Source of the DNA: Octopus vulgaris | Taxonomy: Eukaryota | Length of the DNA: 64,000 nucleotides | Reading direction: 5' to 3' | Assembly (NCBI GenBank): GCA_951406725.2 | Contig: OX597821.1 | Span: 29,140,001-29,204,000, forward strand | Shown here: positions 26,201-41,081 of the stretch, in pieces | How the letters are laid out: the number at the start of each line of letters is the position of its first letter | How positions within the stretch are numbered: position 1 is the stretch's first letter | Program-made: the position numbers and the translations under genes | Notes under the pieces: generated by a model | Seen by the model: the letters and a program-made list of their open reading frames with translations, nothing else | Database searches by the model: none | What the model was told of the DNA's origin: nothing

Positions 26201-26283
26201 GATCTTTAGTTACAGGACCTGGATGCTGTTGTGTCTATTGTCTTTGTTGGGCAGACTTACAATTAAAACTGCTCCAGCCAGCA

Positions 26284-26521
26284 GAAAATCATGCAGCCAT
26301 ACTGTCTTTCAGATAAATGTAACCATGATATTCATGGGGGGAGGGGACTTTGTGTGACTAGTAATGTGCTAGAAATAACAGTCGAATTTTTCTCAAATTT
26401 ACTGAAAATCATGCAGCCATACTGTCTTTTAGATAAATGTGACCATGATATTCATGGGGGGAAACTTTGTGTGACTAGTAATGTGCTAGAAATAACAGTC
26501 GAATTTTTCTCAAATTTACTC
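26284..26521. repeat. Tandem duplication, ~119-bp unit x2
   Basis: gaaaatcatgcagccatactgtc...tttttctcaaatttact repeated. Confidence 0.95.
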
Positions 26522-27116
26522 TAGGTTGTTTTTACAAAAAAAGAAACACACTATAATGTAGTTAATCTGCTACTTGAAAACAAAATATTTTACTTCTTGA
26601 TTAAGGATTAATCTGGTATTAAGCAATTATAATGAAACATGTCATGCATTGCATACCTACAGTATCTAGGAGTATATATTATTAATGTGTCCTTCTCTTT
26701 TTAAGATGTTAGGATGTAATTTGTAGTAGATTATTTCAAACAACTTGACTGACCAGTGACAGTGTATTTGAGATAGTAAACAAAAAAATTACAATTAAAC
26801 ATTCATCCTTCATGATGACAGCAATCAGAATCAAAATCATTTAATTCAAGAAAAATTTTAAAAAGGCAGACCAAGACAAACTCAAATTTTATCATCAACA
26901 CCATTTAACATTTTACTTTTGCATGCCTGCATGGGTCAGACAGAATTTTACTAAGGCAGATATTCTACAGCCAGATGCCATTCCTCTTGTCAGTCCTCAC
27001 CTGTTTCCAGGTAAGGTAACCAGACATGCATTCATGGGAGACTAAAAAAATGAACAAATCTAAATTTTAATTAATTAAAATTAATCCTTTAACTGTGAAA
27101 TTAAATTCCATGGTTG

Positions 27117-27545
27117 ACTGGCACAGGGATCACAACTATAATTTCTACAAAATCAATGGAAATTGTAGTTGTGATCCCAGTGCCGGTGGCACATAAAAAG
27201 CACCATCCGAATGTGGCCGATGCCAGCACCGCCTTGACTAGCTTCCCTGCCGGTGGCACGTAAAAAACACCAACCAATCGTGGCCGTTGCCAGCCTCACC
27301 TGGCACGTAAAAAGCACCAACCGATCGTGGCCGTTGCCAGCCTCACCTGGCACCTGTGCTGGTGGCACGTAAAAAGCACCCACTACACTCACGGAGTGGT
27401 TGGCATTAGGAAGGGCATCCAGCTGTAGAAACACTGCCAGATCAGACTGGAGCCTGGTGCAGCCTCCTGGCTTCCCAGATCCTGGTTGAACCGTCCAACC
27501 CATGCTAGCATGGTAAGCGGATGTTAAACGATGATGATGATGATT
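27117..27545 (+). mobile_element. SINE tail with internal ~47-bp tandem subunits and a short 5' inversion
   Basis: tggcacgtaaaaagcaccaaccgatcgtggccgttgccagcctcacc repeated; hairpin at 27117-27186. Confidence 0.8.
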
Positions 27546-28786
27546 TCAAATGATGCTAAATATATATCAAAAAATTAAAGCTGGTATTTTCTGCAAGACA
27601 CGTTGCATCAATTAGCTAGATGTATCACAATGAAAATTAGTTTCAAATACGAAATTACTCAACAACAGACAGATTGGTATTTAAAATTGCTTTCAGCATT
27701 TAAGGCCAATGAAATTTTGAGGGGATATATTTGATTTCTGCAATAAAAGGGTTAATAAGCCTTTCTGACACCAATGCACCTACTGCCGTCAAAGATTGTA
27801 TTATACAAAATCCTTCCAGACGTAAAGCGTTCATATATAAATTTAAACCTTCAATTAATTATAATTTTATTTAGTGAACATTGCTTCAGTTATTGTTTCA
27901 TCAGAGCATCAGATAGACTGCCTTGCAATATTTGTTCTGACTCACTGCACTGGTGCAAGAATGTGGGCCAGGTTTCAGATGAGGGAGGGAAGCAGATACC
28001 TCCCTCCCTCCCTCCTTCCCACTAGTCTTATAGACTCAGTAAAAGGCCTTCAACAGTATCTTCTGTCCTGACAAAATAAATGTGTGGAAGTGTTGGACCC
28101 CAGAAGGTGTGGATTAAAATGGTCAAAAAAGATCTTCTGGTGTTGAGCACCACAGAAGGGATGACAGGGGACTAAGATTCCTGGCAGTTTACTTTGCTTG
28201 GGAAGACACATCAAGCTAAGTACACACATGGTTGTCCTTGCATGCAGGCAAGTCCCCTGCATTCTTATTCACCTGAGCATTCCTAATCTTGTGAGCTTGT
28301 GGGTGCCAGTGCTATGAAAAAGCACCCATGCCGGTACCACATAAAAGCACTTGTGCTGGTGCTGCATAAATGCACCCATTACATTCTGTAAAGTGGTTGG
28401 TGCTAGGAAGGGCATCCTGTCATAGAAACAATATCAAAAAGAAAATTAAAAAATATTTTTGTTGTTAAAAAATATTTTTGTAAAATCTCAGAAAATAAGT
28501 AAAAATTCACATTTTTTATCAAATTATTTTGTTATATTTGTCTATCTATCCAACTGTAAACATTTTAAATATTTCACTAACTTTTTGTTATAACTTGCCC
28601 AGGTAGCTCTCTAGATCCTGTCAAACTATCCAACCTATGCCAGCATGGAAACCAGACATTAAATGATGACGATGATGATTTACTAAATTCGTGCAAGAAC
28701 TTCATAAAAAGTAAGCAACAATAAATAAATAAATATATGGATTCTATGTTATCTTTCTCCTTATTCTTTAATTTCAGATCCAAACC

Positions 28787-28852
28787 TCTAATCCCACCAA
28801 ATATGATAAAGAAGTGATAATCATTTCCTTATCATATTCGGTGAGATTACAG
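28787..28852. repeat. 66-nt near-perfect hairpin
   Basis: ctctaatcccaccaaatatgataaagaagtgat / atcatttccttatcatattcggtgagattacag. Confidence 0.85.
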
Positions 28853-30639
28853 ATATGATAGGATGGTGGTTTAAGCCTTTAGCATTCAAATTACTGTCAA
28901 ATGTAATGGTTATTTATTCAAATTGGTTTGAATTAAGCATGTAAGACTTCAATGATGTGATTGTTTATTTTTACTCTGACATTGTAGAGTAAGTGAAAGA
29001 GGCTGGATTTGGTCAGTTTGGACATAAGACAATATTTGGGCTGGATGTGGCTGGTCTAAATGCTACAATGTTAACTTTCTCCTACACAAAAGTTTAGAAC
29101 TTTTCATAGTTTTTACAAGTAATAATAATAAAAATAAGAACAAATGTTTCATATTATCTGGAATGTGCAGTTGTAGTGAAATGGTGATGCATTAGGAGCT
29201 GAATGGGTAGATGTGGACAGGAAGGACAAATCTGATTAAAAAGTAACAAAATGTTTAACATTGTAAAAATAACACAAACACACACAGTAGCCCAATAACC
29301 CTTTTTTCTAGATAAATCTTGTTATTTTGAATACTATGGTCTTAAAACCACAAAATGACAAAAACAAACTTGAAGTCTGGTAGACCTCTAAAGATTGAAT
29401 ATTTGAATGATATCATTACATGCAAGTAATTATATTGGCCAGTTGTAGACATTTCAATAATAAATATGGAGTGGGGATGCATGCAGACATGGCTATGTGA
29501 TAAGAAGCTTCTCAACCACATGGCTGTGTTTCGAGTTCAGTCCCACTGCATATCACCTTGCACAGGTGTTTTCAACTATAGCCCCAGGCTGACCAAAGCC
29601 TTGTGAAGGGATTTGCTTGATGGAACTGAAAGAAGTTCACTGTATATATATATTCATGTGTGTGTGTGAATTTGTACCTGTCCTTGTGTTTGTCCCCACA
29701 ACCTCTACTTGACAACTGGTGTTGATTTGTTTACAGCCCAGCAACTTAGCTGTTCAGCAAAAATAACTGATAAAATAAGTACCAAGTTTAAGATAAGTAC
29801 TAGGGCTGAGCTGACTTGCTTGACTAATTTCTTCAAGATGGTGGCTCAGCATGGCTGCAGTCCAATGACTGGAAAAAGTAAAAGAGTAGAAGATATATAT
29901 ATGAACTTTGACATACTCCAGAGGCAAAGACAATTACAGTAAACCATGATGTACCCTATGATGTAGGGTATCTGATATGCCTGTATTTGTCTATGTTGTT
30001 CATATGCATGCCATTGGTATTTCTCTTAGTTCATTTTTGTACAATATATGCAAATTACCTCAGCCATAAATGTGTTCTATTCTTTTTCTATATGTCTAGA
30101 TCTCCTTTGCTGTAAGAGATGGTAAGGATAATTACTGTGCTGATAGACACCTACTGAGGCTGAAGTTTTTTCTGAGCAGCAGAGAGTAAACCTGCCCTTC
30201 CCTAAACAACATGACAGCTTTGGAAAGTTCTTGATTCTTGATGTTATCGCCACTTCTCCAATGGAGCTAACTTCAACTGTGATTTGAGAATTGTGACATA
30301 TCCTCTAGGGGCAGAGATAATTCTAATAAGTCAAGAATTTATGTTGTATGGTATTTGATATATCTGTATTTGCATATGCTGCCCATATACATGCTGTTGG
30401 CCATTCTGAATTATTTCTAATAGGCTATTTTTGCTCATACATACATATGTATGTGTTCAGCAAGTAATGAGATAGACAACTAGTTGTGAAGACTAAATTA
30501 TAACCCCAGTGAAAGATTTGTACTCAAATTAAGGACTTGTGATAAATGACAACAGTATAAAGTTAATGTTAATTGTGAAAGTACCTTGTTTTTTGTTATT
30601 TGTACTTGCTTTATATATGTGTGTGTGTGTGTATGTGTT

Positions 30640-30950
30640 TTGTTGTTTGTTTGTTCCTTCTTGAGCCATGCCTGGCTCATGAAGGCCAGTTTCCTGGTTT
30701 CTTGGCGTATAGATTCCCCTCCTGGACGGGACACCGGTCTGTCGCAGGTGAGCTGTGAAATGCAGGAGGAAAGAGTGAGAGAAAGTTGTGGCGAAAGAGT
30801 CAGCAGAAGTTCGCCATTACCTTCTGCCGGAGCCGCATGGAGCTTAGGTGTTTCGCTCATAAACACACACATCGCCCGGTCTGAAATTTGAATCCGCGAT
30901 CCCTTGACCGCTAGTCCGCTGCTCTAACCACTAGCCCATGTGCCTCCACT
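30640..30950 (-). mobile_element. tRNA(Arg)-like SINE family B
   Basis: Reverse complement of 9895-10181, more complete. Confidence 0.9.
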
Positions 30951-31669
30951 GTGTGTATGTGTGTGCATGCGTGTGTGTATCCTAGCATAAAGATATTTCC
31001 CTTGCCGCTGTCAGCCCACTCAGTTGAAAGGGATCTTAGTGTCACAAACGGCATGACAATCACGCTAACGAGAGTTCAAAGAGAAAAATGCGTCCAGTAC
31101 ATTCTGTAAAATGGTTGACATTAGGAAGGGCATCTGGTTATTGAAAACATGCCGGAGAAGACATTGGAGCAGGAAGCAGACCTTGGACACATTGGATACT
31201 GTCAAACCATCCAAGACATACCAGCAAGGAAAATGGAAGTATGATGATGATGATGATGATGATATATAACAGCTTTGTTACAAAGAAGAAAACCTGAAAA
31301 GATTAGAGAAATTAAGTTTGGCACCAAAATATATCAGGTGCCCCAATGGTCTTCAGAATAATCAAGATGTATTCAACTGGGTCAGTCTACATTCTCTGAA
31401 GAACCGAACCATTGTATCATTCATACCAGAGCCTGCGAGTGGTAGAGAGAGTGATCCTACTCTCTAAATTGGTGAACTGTAGTAACAACAAGAACAACAT
31501 GAAAACAGTCAACACAAGAAATGTTCCATTGTGCCGCAAATCAAAAGAGACAAATCGGTTTCTAAGCAAAGTCATTTTATTCATTTATGTATTTATTTAT
31601 TTATTCAGTTGGTTCTTCTCTCATATACAAACCTATAATATATGTTTACACATACACACACATAAACAC

Positions 31670-31714
<45 letters not shown>

Positions 31715-31721
<7 letters not shown>

Positions 31722-31773
31722 TATAATGTACATTATATATATACATGTATTAATATAGCACATTTGCATATAC

Positions 31774-31810
<37 letters not shown>

Positions 31811-31877
31811 TATAAGCATTATATATCGTACATGTACAGTATATATATATATACATGTATTAATATAGCACATTTGC

Positions 31878-31922
<45 letters not shown>

Positions 31923-32020
31923 TATGCATATAAGCATTATATATCGTAAATGTACAGTATATACATATACATGTATTAATATAGCACATTTGCATATACA
32001 TATGTGTATATATATATATA
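31715..32020. repeat. Minisatellite, ~115-bp unit (~2.5 copies) containing variable (TA)n
   Basis: atacatgtattaatatagcacatttgcatatacatat...gcatataagcattatatatcgtacatgtacagt repeated. Confidence 0.9.
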
Positions 32021-32249
32021 CACACATATATATATATATATACATACAGACACACACACATGCACACACACACATATAAAATGTTCTTTCATATACCATC
32101 ACAACAAAGAAAATGCATATCGTCATGGATACCAGTATGAACAATTCTTTAGTTGCCAGATGAAATAAGCATCCCCACCACCCTCCACTACCAATTCACC
32201 TACCTCAAGCGGTAGACTAGTTTATATACATACATATATGCACATATAT

Positions 32250-32281
<32 letters not shown>

Positions 32282-32507
32282 ATATATATCTATGAAGTCA
32301 TTAAAAGTTTGTGAGATTTTGCAAAGCAGATTCCAAGAATAGGGTGTTTATGAGACCTTTGAAATAATACCATGCAAACACCAAAGTTTTATCTCGATTT
32401 CTTCTGCCTTGTTTTTTTTTTTTTTAAATCTCTTTTTCATTCTCCCCCACCTCCCCACCCACCTTCACATCATCACCCTTTTGAAACATGAAAAACAAGT
32501 CTTTTTC

Positions 32508-32551
<44 letters not shown>

Positions 32552-32993
32552 ATTTTTTTCCATGAATATATCTCAACCAAAGAAAATATAATTTACTGGG
32601 TAATATCAAAATTCAGATCAGTCACTTTCTGAGCGATAACATTATATTTAAAAAAAACCAAAAAAAAAAAAAACAATAAAAATAAAAACTGGGGTGGAGG
32701 TGGGGGGGTTGATTTATAATTAAATGGAAACAACTAAAATATAAATTCATGTGTAACTGTGTTTTTTTTTTTTTTTCTTTTTTGTCCCTTTTTATAGCCA
32801 AATCTTTTCTCTGCTTCTGTTCTTATCCTTTTTAACTTAAATGTAACGTGTGTTGTGCTGTTTTTGGTTTTGGCTTTTTTTATATTCCTGTTGCATAACA
32901 ATAACAATAATGGCAACAATGACAGTAAAAATAATAACAATAACAATACTAACCATAATGAAAATAAAAATAACAATAATGATGATGATAATG

Positions 32994-33027
<34 letters not shown>

Positions 33028-33280
33028 AAGGGGCGAAAATAATATGTTGTTATATACCAGTTCACAGGCTTGTCAAATCATAACAAAGAAGGGTTTTGGA
33101 CAAAAGGATATTAACTAAACAATGGCTTGTAATTTATTACTGGCTACTGTTTACAACAATAATCATGGGGAACACAGAGAAAAAATAATGTAATAATAAT
33201 AATAATAATAATAATGAAAACAATAATACCAATAAAATATAAATAATGATAACAACAGCAATAAGAAGAAAATTCTAATG

Positions 33281-33318
<38 letters not shown>

Positions 33319-33584
33319 GCAATGATAAAGCTAAACAACAAAGGGATTGAGAAAGCAACATGAAACAGCAATTATAAGTACAACAATAAAGATGATCAGT
33401 TCCAATATGAGCTCTGGCTTGAGTAAATTGGAATAAAATAGGTAAAAATAAAATCATTGAAATTCCAGATTTTATTGAGGACAATCTTTAATCTTTAATC
33501 TCATGTTGGATTTAATGACAAAACATAATTCAAACAATAACTATCACATGAGTGTGCCTGGATATTTTGATTTGAATTTAAATC

Positions 33585-33844
33585 ACTTATACATACATAC
33601 ATACATACATACGTACATACATACATACATATGCACACACACACACATATATAGAGATATATACACACACCTACATACAAGGTATACACATGCATTTATA
33701 CAAATATATATGTACATATAAATGCATATACCTATGTGCATATATATGTATGTATGTATATATATATATATATATATATAAATATGTATGTATATATATA
33801 TATGTATATATATATGTATGTATGTATATATATATGTATATATA

Positions 33845-33877
<33 letters not shown>

Positions 33878-34797
33878 GTAATGCCTTTGCATGTTACAAT
33901 GTATTTGATCCATCTGTGTGCCACTGACCCACTTGATTTATTTCCCTTAGCCTATTATGACTTACTTAATATCAGCCAATTGATAAAGTGTTACATTTCC
34001 CTTTACTTTACCAACAATATTCCATTAAACTTGAAAAAAAAAAAAAAAAAAGAAGGAACAAGGAAAGGTGTGACTGCATCACTTATAGCAGTTTAATGAT
34101 GATCAGGGTTCCACTAATCATATGAATTAAATTTTGCAGAATTACATTTTTATGTTGGAAAATTATCACTCGTTTTCTTTGGAGGTCACTAACAACCGGA
34201 GCTAGGATTGATTTTTCTGCATGATCAAACTGAACCAAATTTCATGATTAGAATTATTTTCACTTCTTTTGTATTTTAGAAGTAGGGGCTCACCATTTAA
34301 GACATTATCCCTAAATTCATGATACAGGTGTATTTAAAACATATCCATTAGCTTCCATTTTGTAATTAGAGCACGGGCAAATTTTTAGCATTATTATTTT
34401 AGCATTATTAAAGATATTCTTCTTCTTCAGTGCCAGTGTCATGATAAACTCGACCAATTCCGTGCTGCAAAGTGGTTTCTGATTGGAATTTCATTCAGCC
34501 ATTAAAAAAACCTACACTAATGAATATAAAATGAAACTGCAAAGGAGCCAATAATATGTAGTCATGGCAGAGTTAACGGTACCAATGCTAATAGAATTAA
34601 AGACAAATCTAGGTGTTCCATAAATAAGATGGATTAGTGAAGTGAAGGGCACCAAGTTTTGGAAATGATGATGGTATAGCAACACACAGAATAAAGTTAA
34701 CCCACTTAATATTTATAGCTGTGTATGAAAAGGATGTGGAGAGTGTGTGTATGTACATGTATATACATATATATTTCTTGCTCTCTCTCTCTCTCTC

Positions 34798-34843
<46 letters not shown>

Positions 34844-35130
34844 CACACATATACATATATTTATATAGACATATATAAACATGGAAGACATTAAATTTTA
34901 CACACACACACACATATATATATACATACATCTGTGTATAAGTACATAGATGCTTTATATATACTTATATACACATAGATAATTATACACAACCACATAC
35001 ATATATGAGCGTGTGTGTATGTATAGTTATATATATGTATGTATATATATATGTATATAAATATACATATGTATATATATATAAATATATATATATATGT
35101 ATGTATGTATGTATATATATATACACACAT
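33585..35130. repeat. (TA)n/(TATG)n/(CT)n microsatellite blocks
   Basis: Visible at 33585-33880 and 34740-35130. Confidence 0.85.
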
Positions 35131-36214
35131 GCATATGTAAGATAAGAGTTCCAGTTATGCATTATATATGTTTGTGTATATATACAATAGAGATTCATAT
35201 ATCAACTCCTCTTTAACACACATGCACAAACTTATATTTATCCCTGATTCCCAAAATATATGGTGCTATAAAAAAATGACCATGATAAAGAACTATGTTA
35301 ATAATAAAGATAATTTTTTCTTAGAAAATTAAAAAACATAACTGCTGATATTATATTTCTGCTTTGAAATATAGTTATTATTGTGATTATTATAATTATT
35401 ATTATTATTATTATCATCAATACTATTATCATTATTATTATTGTTATTATTATCATAATTATTATTATTATTAATATTATTATTATTATTATTTACATTT
35501 TTATTCAATGCAATCTTGAAGAGGAGCTAGACACCTTAGAGTATCATTTTTTTTTTTGCATGTCTTTCTTTTTTTTTTTTTACTTTATATGCAGTTTATC
35601 TTCTTTCATTGTTAAAGAAAAAATTCCGTCTACAAAAAATTTCAGAATGTTCATGTTTCTTAATTATTTTAACATCTGTTAATTAGTTTATTCAATAGCG
35701 TTTGGTTTTTATTTTACTGATTTTTCTTTATACTTTAGTTTCTTTGGAAGTTTACGTAGGTTCAATGAAGATTACTTCCTTTTGGTTTTTTCTTTTAAAC
35801 CAAACCCCAACAATTTGCTACAGGCATGTATGTGTCTTATGCGTTCACACACACATACACACACACATATATATATATATATATACACATTCACACATAC
35901 TCTCAACTAAAAAGTAATGTCTGTGTGTGTACTTATATATACATAATATTAAATATTTACAAAATAAAAGTAATAATAAACATATATTTGCAAGGTACTG
36001 TGTCTCACAAACTTCCTTTAGCTTGTTACAAAATATTGCGCTCTTTTTATTTCTTTCTTCCTTTCACTTTTTTTTAGTGCAAAATATAAACAGCGCAACA
36101 TCAAAAATAAATACAGGAACTAAGGTGGTGGCAACAAAAAAATTTAGGAAAACAACAAGAAAAAAATTATAGGCTAAAAGGGGCTATGTATATTTGTGTG
36201 TGCATGTATGTATG

Positions 36215-36261
<47 letters not shown>

Positions 36262-39200
36262 CAAAAATAAATATCTTGCAAATACAGTGAAAATATTTTT
36301 TCTGTGTAAAACATTTTAGCAAAGAGCTCAATAAAAATTAACAATTTTGATCTAGGGTGATAATATAATAATATAGAAAGATGGCTAAGAGGAATAAAAC
36401 ACTAAAAACCAGGTAGACATGTATTTATTAAACAGATGTATAAAGGTGTCTTCATTTTCAAGTGTTTATTCAGTTTAGCCAGTCATTTTATATTATAAAC
36501 TACAGAAAAAGTTTTACAAATCAAGAAAAAAAAAAATTAAAAAAGGGCAATGAAGAAAAATAAAAAAAAAGTGTATAAAACAAACACAGTGGAAGACACC
36601 AACCCGAACTCTCCAAAATAATCATAAACAAAAAGAAAAAATAACTGGGAGAAGGCTTAGGCAAGAGAGGAAGGAACTGTTACCAAAATGCAGCTGTCTA
36701 CATGGTGAAAACTGTGGATGTTAGTTAATTAGTTGATTAATTAATTATTTAGTTAGTTAAAATATGCATTGTTTATTTTCTTTAATTTTTATTCTTTCTG
36801 TAGCATGCAACAAGACATGGCGTGGATACAAGAAAGAAAGAATAAAAACTATACATATTCAACATTGTGTTGTGTGTTAACATCAGAAAGGAAATAGAGA
36901 AGGTAGAAAGTCTGTCCTTTCAAGACTTATTTTATTGATAACTTCATTTCTGCATTGTTTATTCTTTAAAAAAAAAAGCACAAATTAAGAGAAAAAAACA
37001 AATAGAAGACACACTCCAAAAGAGGGTGAAGAATATATATCATAAGAAATATAGATTCTTGTAATATAAAATGTCATGCGTATGTGTTGCTGTATAAGAA
37101 ATCAACTATGTATAGAGGAGCAACTCCAGAGTAACAAACCAATGGATCAGCAAAATTTTATACACACACACACATCCATTGTATTTCACAATGTCACATC
37201 CAGGAGTGGTTGGATATTAGGTGTCACTGTCTGAATAAGAGCTAAATAAGGACGGAAGAACAAGATTTCACCAAAATACAAAGGGAGATCATATTTTATT
37301 CATAAAATTGTTATTAAGGTGAAGTAGATGATGATGAGAATGATGAGGACTTGTCTTTTTATATTGGCACTGGACACTTGGCCTTAAATTCAAGGGAAAT
37401 TTGCTTTAGGTGTGATACCCCTTTATTTACCAAATGAATCTGTTGCACAAATGAGTTGCTGAAAATTTTAAGTAAGGTGTGGGCTGTGATTATTAAAACC
37501 TTAAGAACTTTTCCAATTGTGATCTCTGGTCCTTGCTTAGGCAGAGAGGCCAGAACAACAGTTAGAAAATGAAACTTCAGTAGTTAAAATCTTCCCTTAC
37601 TTTATAGCCTAAACCCATCTATGAAACTAGAAGAGCTATTATCAAATTCATTGCTCTCTACCACATTTCAAACACAAGCACTGAGTACATTACATTAAAA
37701 TGGCTCAAAAGCACTTTTTTTGGTTTATAGTGGTAGGATGCACAAGAGCAAAAAAAGAAATCTATCACAGTAAATAATTGGTGTTCATTGACACTATGGG
37801 GATAAAATGCAGAGTGGTCTTCAGTAAAAATCTCAACTCATATTGAAAGAAGACGGACCAAAATATGGGGCCATTGGAAAAAATTATTTTGCATTGAAGA
37901 AAAGAGAATTTTAATTCTTTAGTTGATGCACATCAATGCAAATTTTCTTGAAATCTACTGTTTTACTTTGATATGAAAGTGCTACTTGGACACAGTAGTA
38001 TTTCTACTTGCATCTTTGACCCTTCTGATATCAACCTGCCTGAAACTATACCTGGTGCTATGATACAAACTTCATGTTTAAAGTGATCAAAATGAGAGTT
38101 CTATCAAAATTTCATGTTAATCTCTATTCCAAACATCAAACTAATAATAATATTTTAAAAAATTATTTTACAAAATTCTTTATTATTTTGAAAATTAATT
38201 AAAACAAAAGCAATACATTTCAACAGAAATGTGGTAACGAAGGGGCTAAATGATGACATTTACAAAGATTTTCATCCTAAACTCATCATTGTCAGCTGCT
38301 TGAACTAAATAAATGACAACAACTACATCCAAGCTCAGTGACAGCAACACCACTGAGGAATTAACAGAATGTTTCTTCCAAGTAGGTGAAGAACATATCG
38401 AGTTAATCAATTGTGAGCTGAGACAACGAATCAGAGAGTAGTGATGGCAAAGCAGAATCTCGGATCTCTTTTTATATAGTTAAGAAAAATACTTGAGTTT
38501 TTTTCTCTCCCACCACCATTATCTTGTTTGGTTACTTGAGGAGGAAAGGAAATGGCTCATCAATTTTGCAGGCCCCCTTAGATCTGTAATCTTGACACCA
38601 TTTATGTTTCATCTAGAATGTCATAGATCAACACCCTACAAGAAAGACATGAGCACAGTGATGAGAGTTGTAAGGAAGAGTGAATTAAGGATGCCTGAGT
38701 GGTGGAGTTATGAAACTAGCCAGCTCTGAGGCACAGAAGTCATTATAGTAGTGATAGGCAAGACAGAGAGGAAACAGCATAAGGATCATAGTGATATCTA
38801 CGATGCCTTTATGGTTTAGATATCAGTTTGCAGGTCTGAAGACCCTTACCTGCTTCCTTGCAGTGCATTCATATGATCTCTTTACAATACAGTTCTTGGG
38901 TACAAAATTTAATGCTTAGTTTAGCTTCCATTGATGGCTGTTGGGTAACTTTAGGCCAGAACTCCCATCTAAAGATAACTGCTTCCTTCCTTCACACACG
39001 TTGCAGAAGGACTGTAAAGAGGGAAAAGATTCTTGCAGCACTTTCTTCTACTTAAAAAAAAAAATTGCAAATAAAGAAATATCGAGGAGAGACGTTATAA
39101 AACATGATACTTCTTTATCATACACATCTATTTTGCCTTCTAAATATTCAGTCAGCCAAACAAAGTTGGCAACATGTAACATATAATACCAACATAGGTG

Positions 39201-41037
39201 TGGCTGTAGCCAAGTGACCCTTGATATTATAAAAGAGCACTTGCATGCATATTTTTAACACACTGTTATAATGAACTGTAGAGTCTGCTCTTGTTAACTA
39301 ACATCCCCATGAAATGTTAATTGATATGTAGCAAAGCTCAAAACACTCCCCATCCACAATCCACCCACATATCCATCTCCAAGTGATTGTAACGACTGCC
39401 AACCTCACTACTGTCAGACAGAGAGAACTTCTAAAAACACACTGAGATCTAGAGAATCTCCAAAGACAATTAATTTAACAAAGAGATGGAGGGATTTAAG
39501 AGAACACATTATCAGAAACATAACAGTGACAAAACAAAAGAGTGATGCCACAGTGCTAATATCATTTATCATAATATGATTATAAACGGAAGTGAAAAGC
39601 AGAATTGATAGATTGCCAGGCATAATCCCTTGCAGTATTTGATTAGATTCTATGCATTGTAGTTCAAATCTCACTGGAATTAACCTTCACTTTCAGTTCA
39701 CCCAGGGGTTGAGGAAATAAGAAGCAGCAAATTTTATTGACAGTGCTTGACTTCAACATTTGAGACTGTGTGTCTACATTAAGAATTATTGCTAATTATA
39801 TAATGATAATGAGTAATACTAATTGTAAGAAAATCAAAATTACTAAATGAAATATAATTCTAGAAATAAGGAAATAAATCTAATCACTTCTAAACCCTTT
39901 ACAGATGTGTTTATATTAAATAAGATCGAAAATCATTGTTATGAAGTAAAAAATAAATAAGGGAGCAGTTATTAAGAAAAAATATTTTCAGTATAAATAA
40001 ATAACTACTTTAATAATGATAAAAATAATAATGGTTAATTGTTGATATTCCTGAAGTAAAACTGAAAATTAAATTAACATATGAATAGGATATTAGAGAC
40101 AATATGGCCTCTGGAATGTGAAGTGATGAAAATCTGACTAGGAATAGAAACTAGGGGCAGTTGTTACAGTAATAATTCTTTCTGCCATATGCACATAGCT
40201 TGAAAGCATAAAAGACATAGTAATCTCAGTGGAATTTGAACACCAAACGTATAACCAGAAGAAATACTGCAAAGCGTTTTGTCTAGTATGCTAACAACTC
40301 TGCAAGCTTGCCACCTAAATTGTCACAATGATAATAAGAATTCCTTGCTTTAGAATATGTGTGTGTGTTTGTGTGTGTATACATGCACGCATCAGAAAGG
40401 AAAAGAGATACAAAAGGAGAGTTGAAAGGAGAAGAAACGTGAAGAGAAGGGAAGTGATAATGTATGAAAGATGAGATAAAAGGCAAGTAAGGAAAATAGA
40501 GATAAGAAGAAGAGATAATAGATGGGAGATGAAATGAAAGGAAGTTAAAGATGAGAAGAATCAGAGAAAAAAAAAAAACTTGAGATGAAAGATGAAAATC
40601 TTTGACAACAGTAACCATTGTCAAAAGGCAGTAAGGAAATGTTTTTGAAAAATTTAGAAACGGGGAAAAGAATTGACCCTAGACTGCAGAATCCTCTTAT
40701 GGGTGGAGCTTACCCTTTATGTGTCTATAGCCTGAGTAAAAAAAAAAAAAATTCAACAGGAAAATAAAGTTAAGAAAACTGATTAGGTGAGGAGAAAGTG
40801 CAAAACAAAATCATCTTGAGTTGAATGGCTATTTAAAGATGGATATCAGAAACAAAAATTTGAATCAAATAAAAGCTGAAGGTGTTGGAATTAATAACAT
40901 AGATTTGAAGAAAAAAAAAATATAAAGAAAAAGAAAAATAAAGGTGGAAAAAAAGAAACAAACTAAGTAGATGAATACTTGTTTCTAAGAATACTATATA
41001 ACACTATATTTTATGGTAATATACATATATATTAAAT

Positions 41038-41081
<44 letters not shown>

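Larger units (their letters stand above)
31555..37230 (-). other. Putative long terminal 3'UTR exon of ZC3H10
   Basis: Strong acceptor cttgttcttccgtccttatttagctcttattCAG| at 37233-37231. U-rich and free of tRNA-SINE copies for ~5.7 kb. AATAAA at 31581-31576 is followed by a GU/U-rich downstream element (31560-31485). The link to ZC3H10 is inferred. Confidence 0.4.

Noticed and set aside
34365-34440. Another hammerhead-like motif (rc gcaCTGAAGAag...gtgc); also CTGATGA at 11842
   Set aside because: GAAA box and stems too decayed or truncated to support a call.
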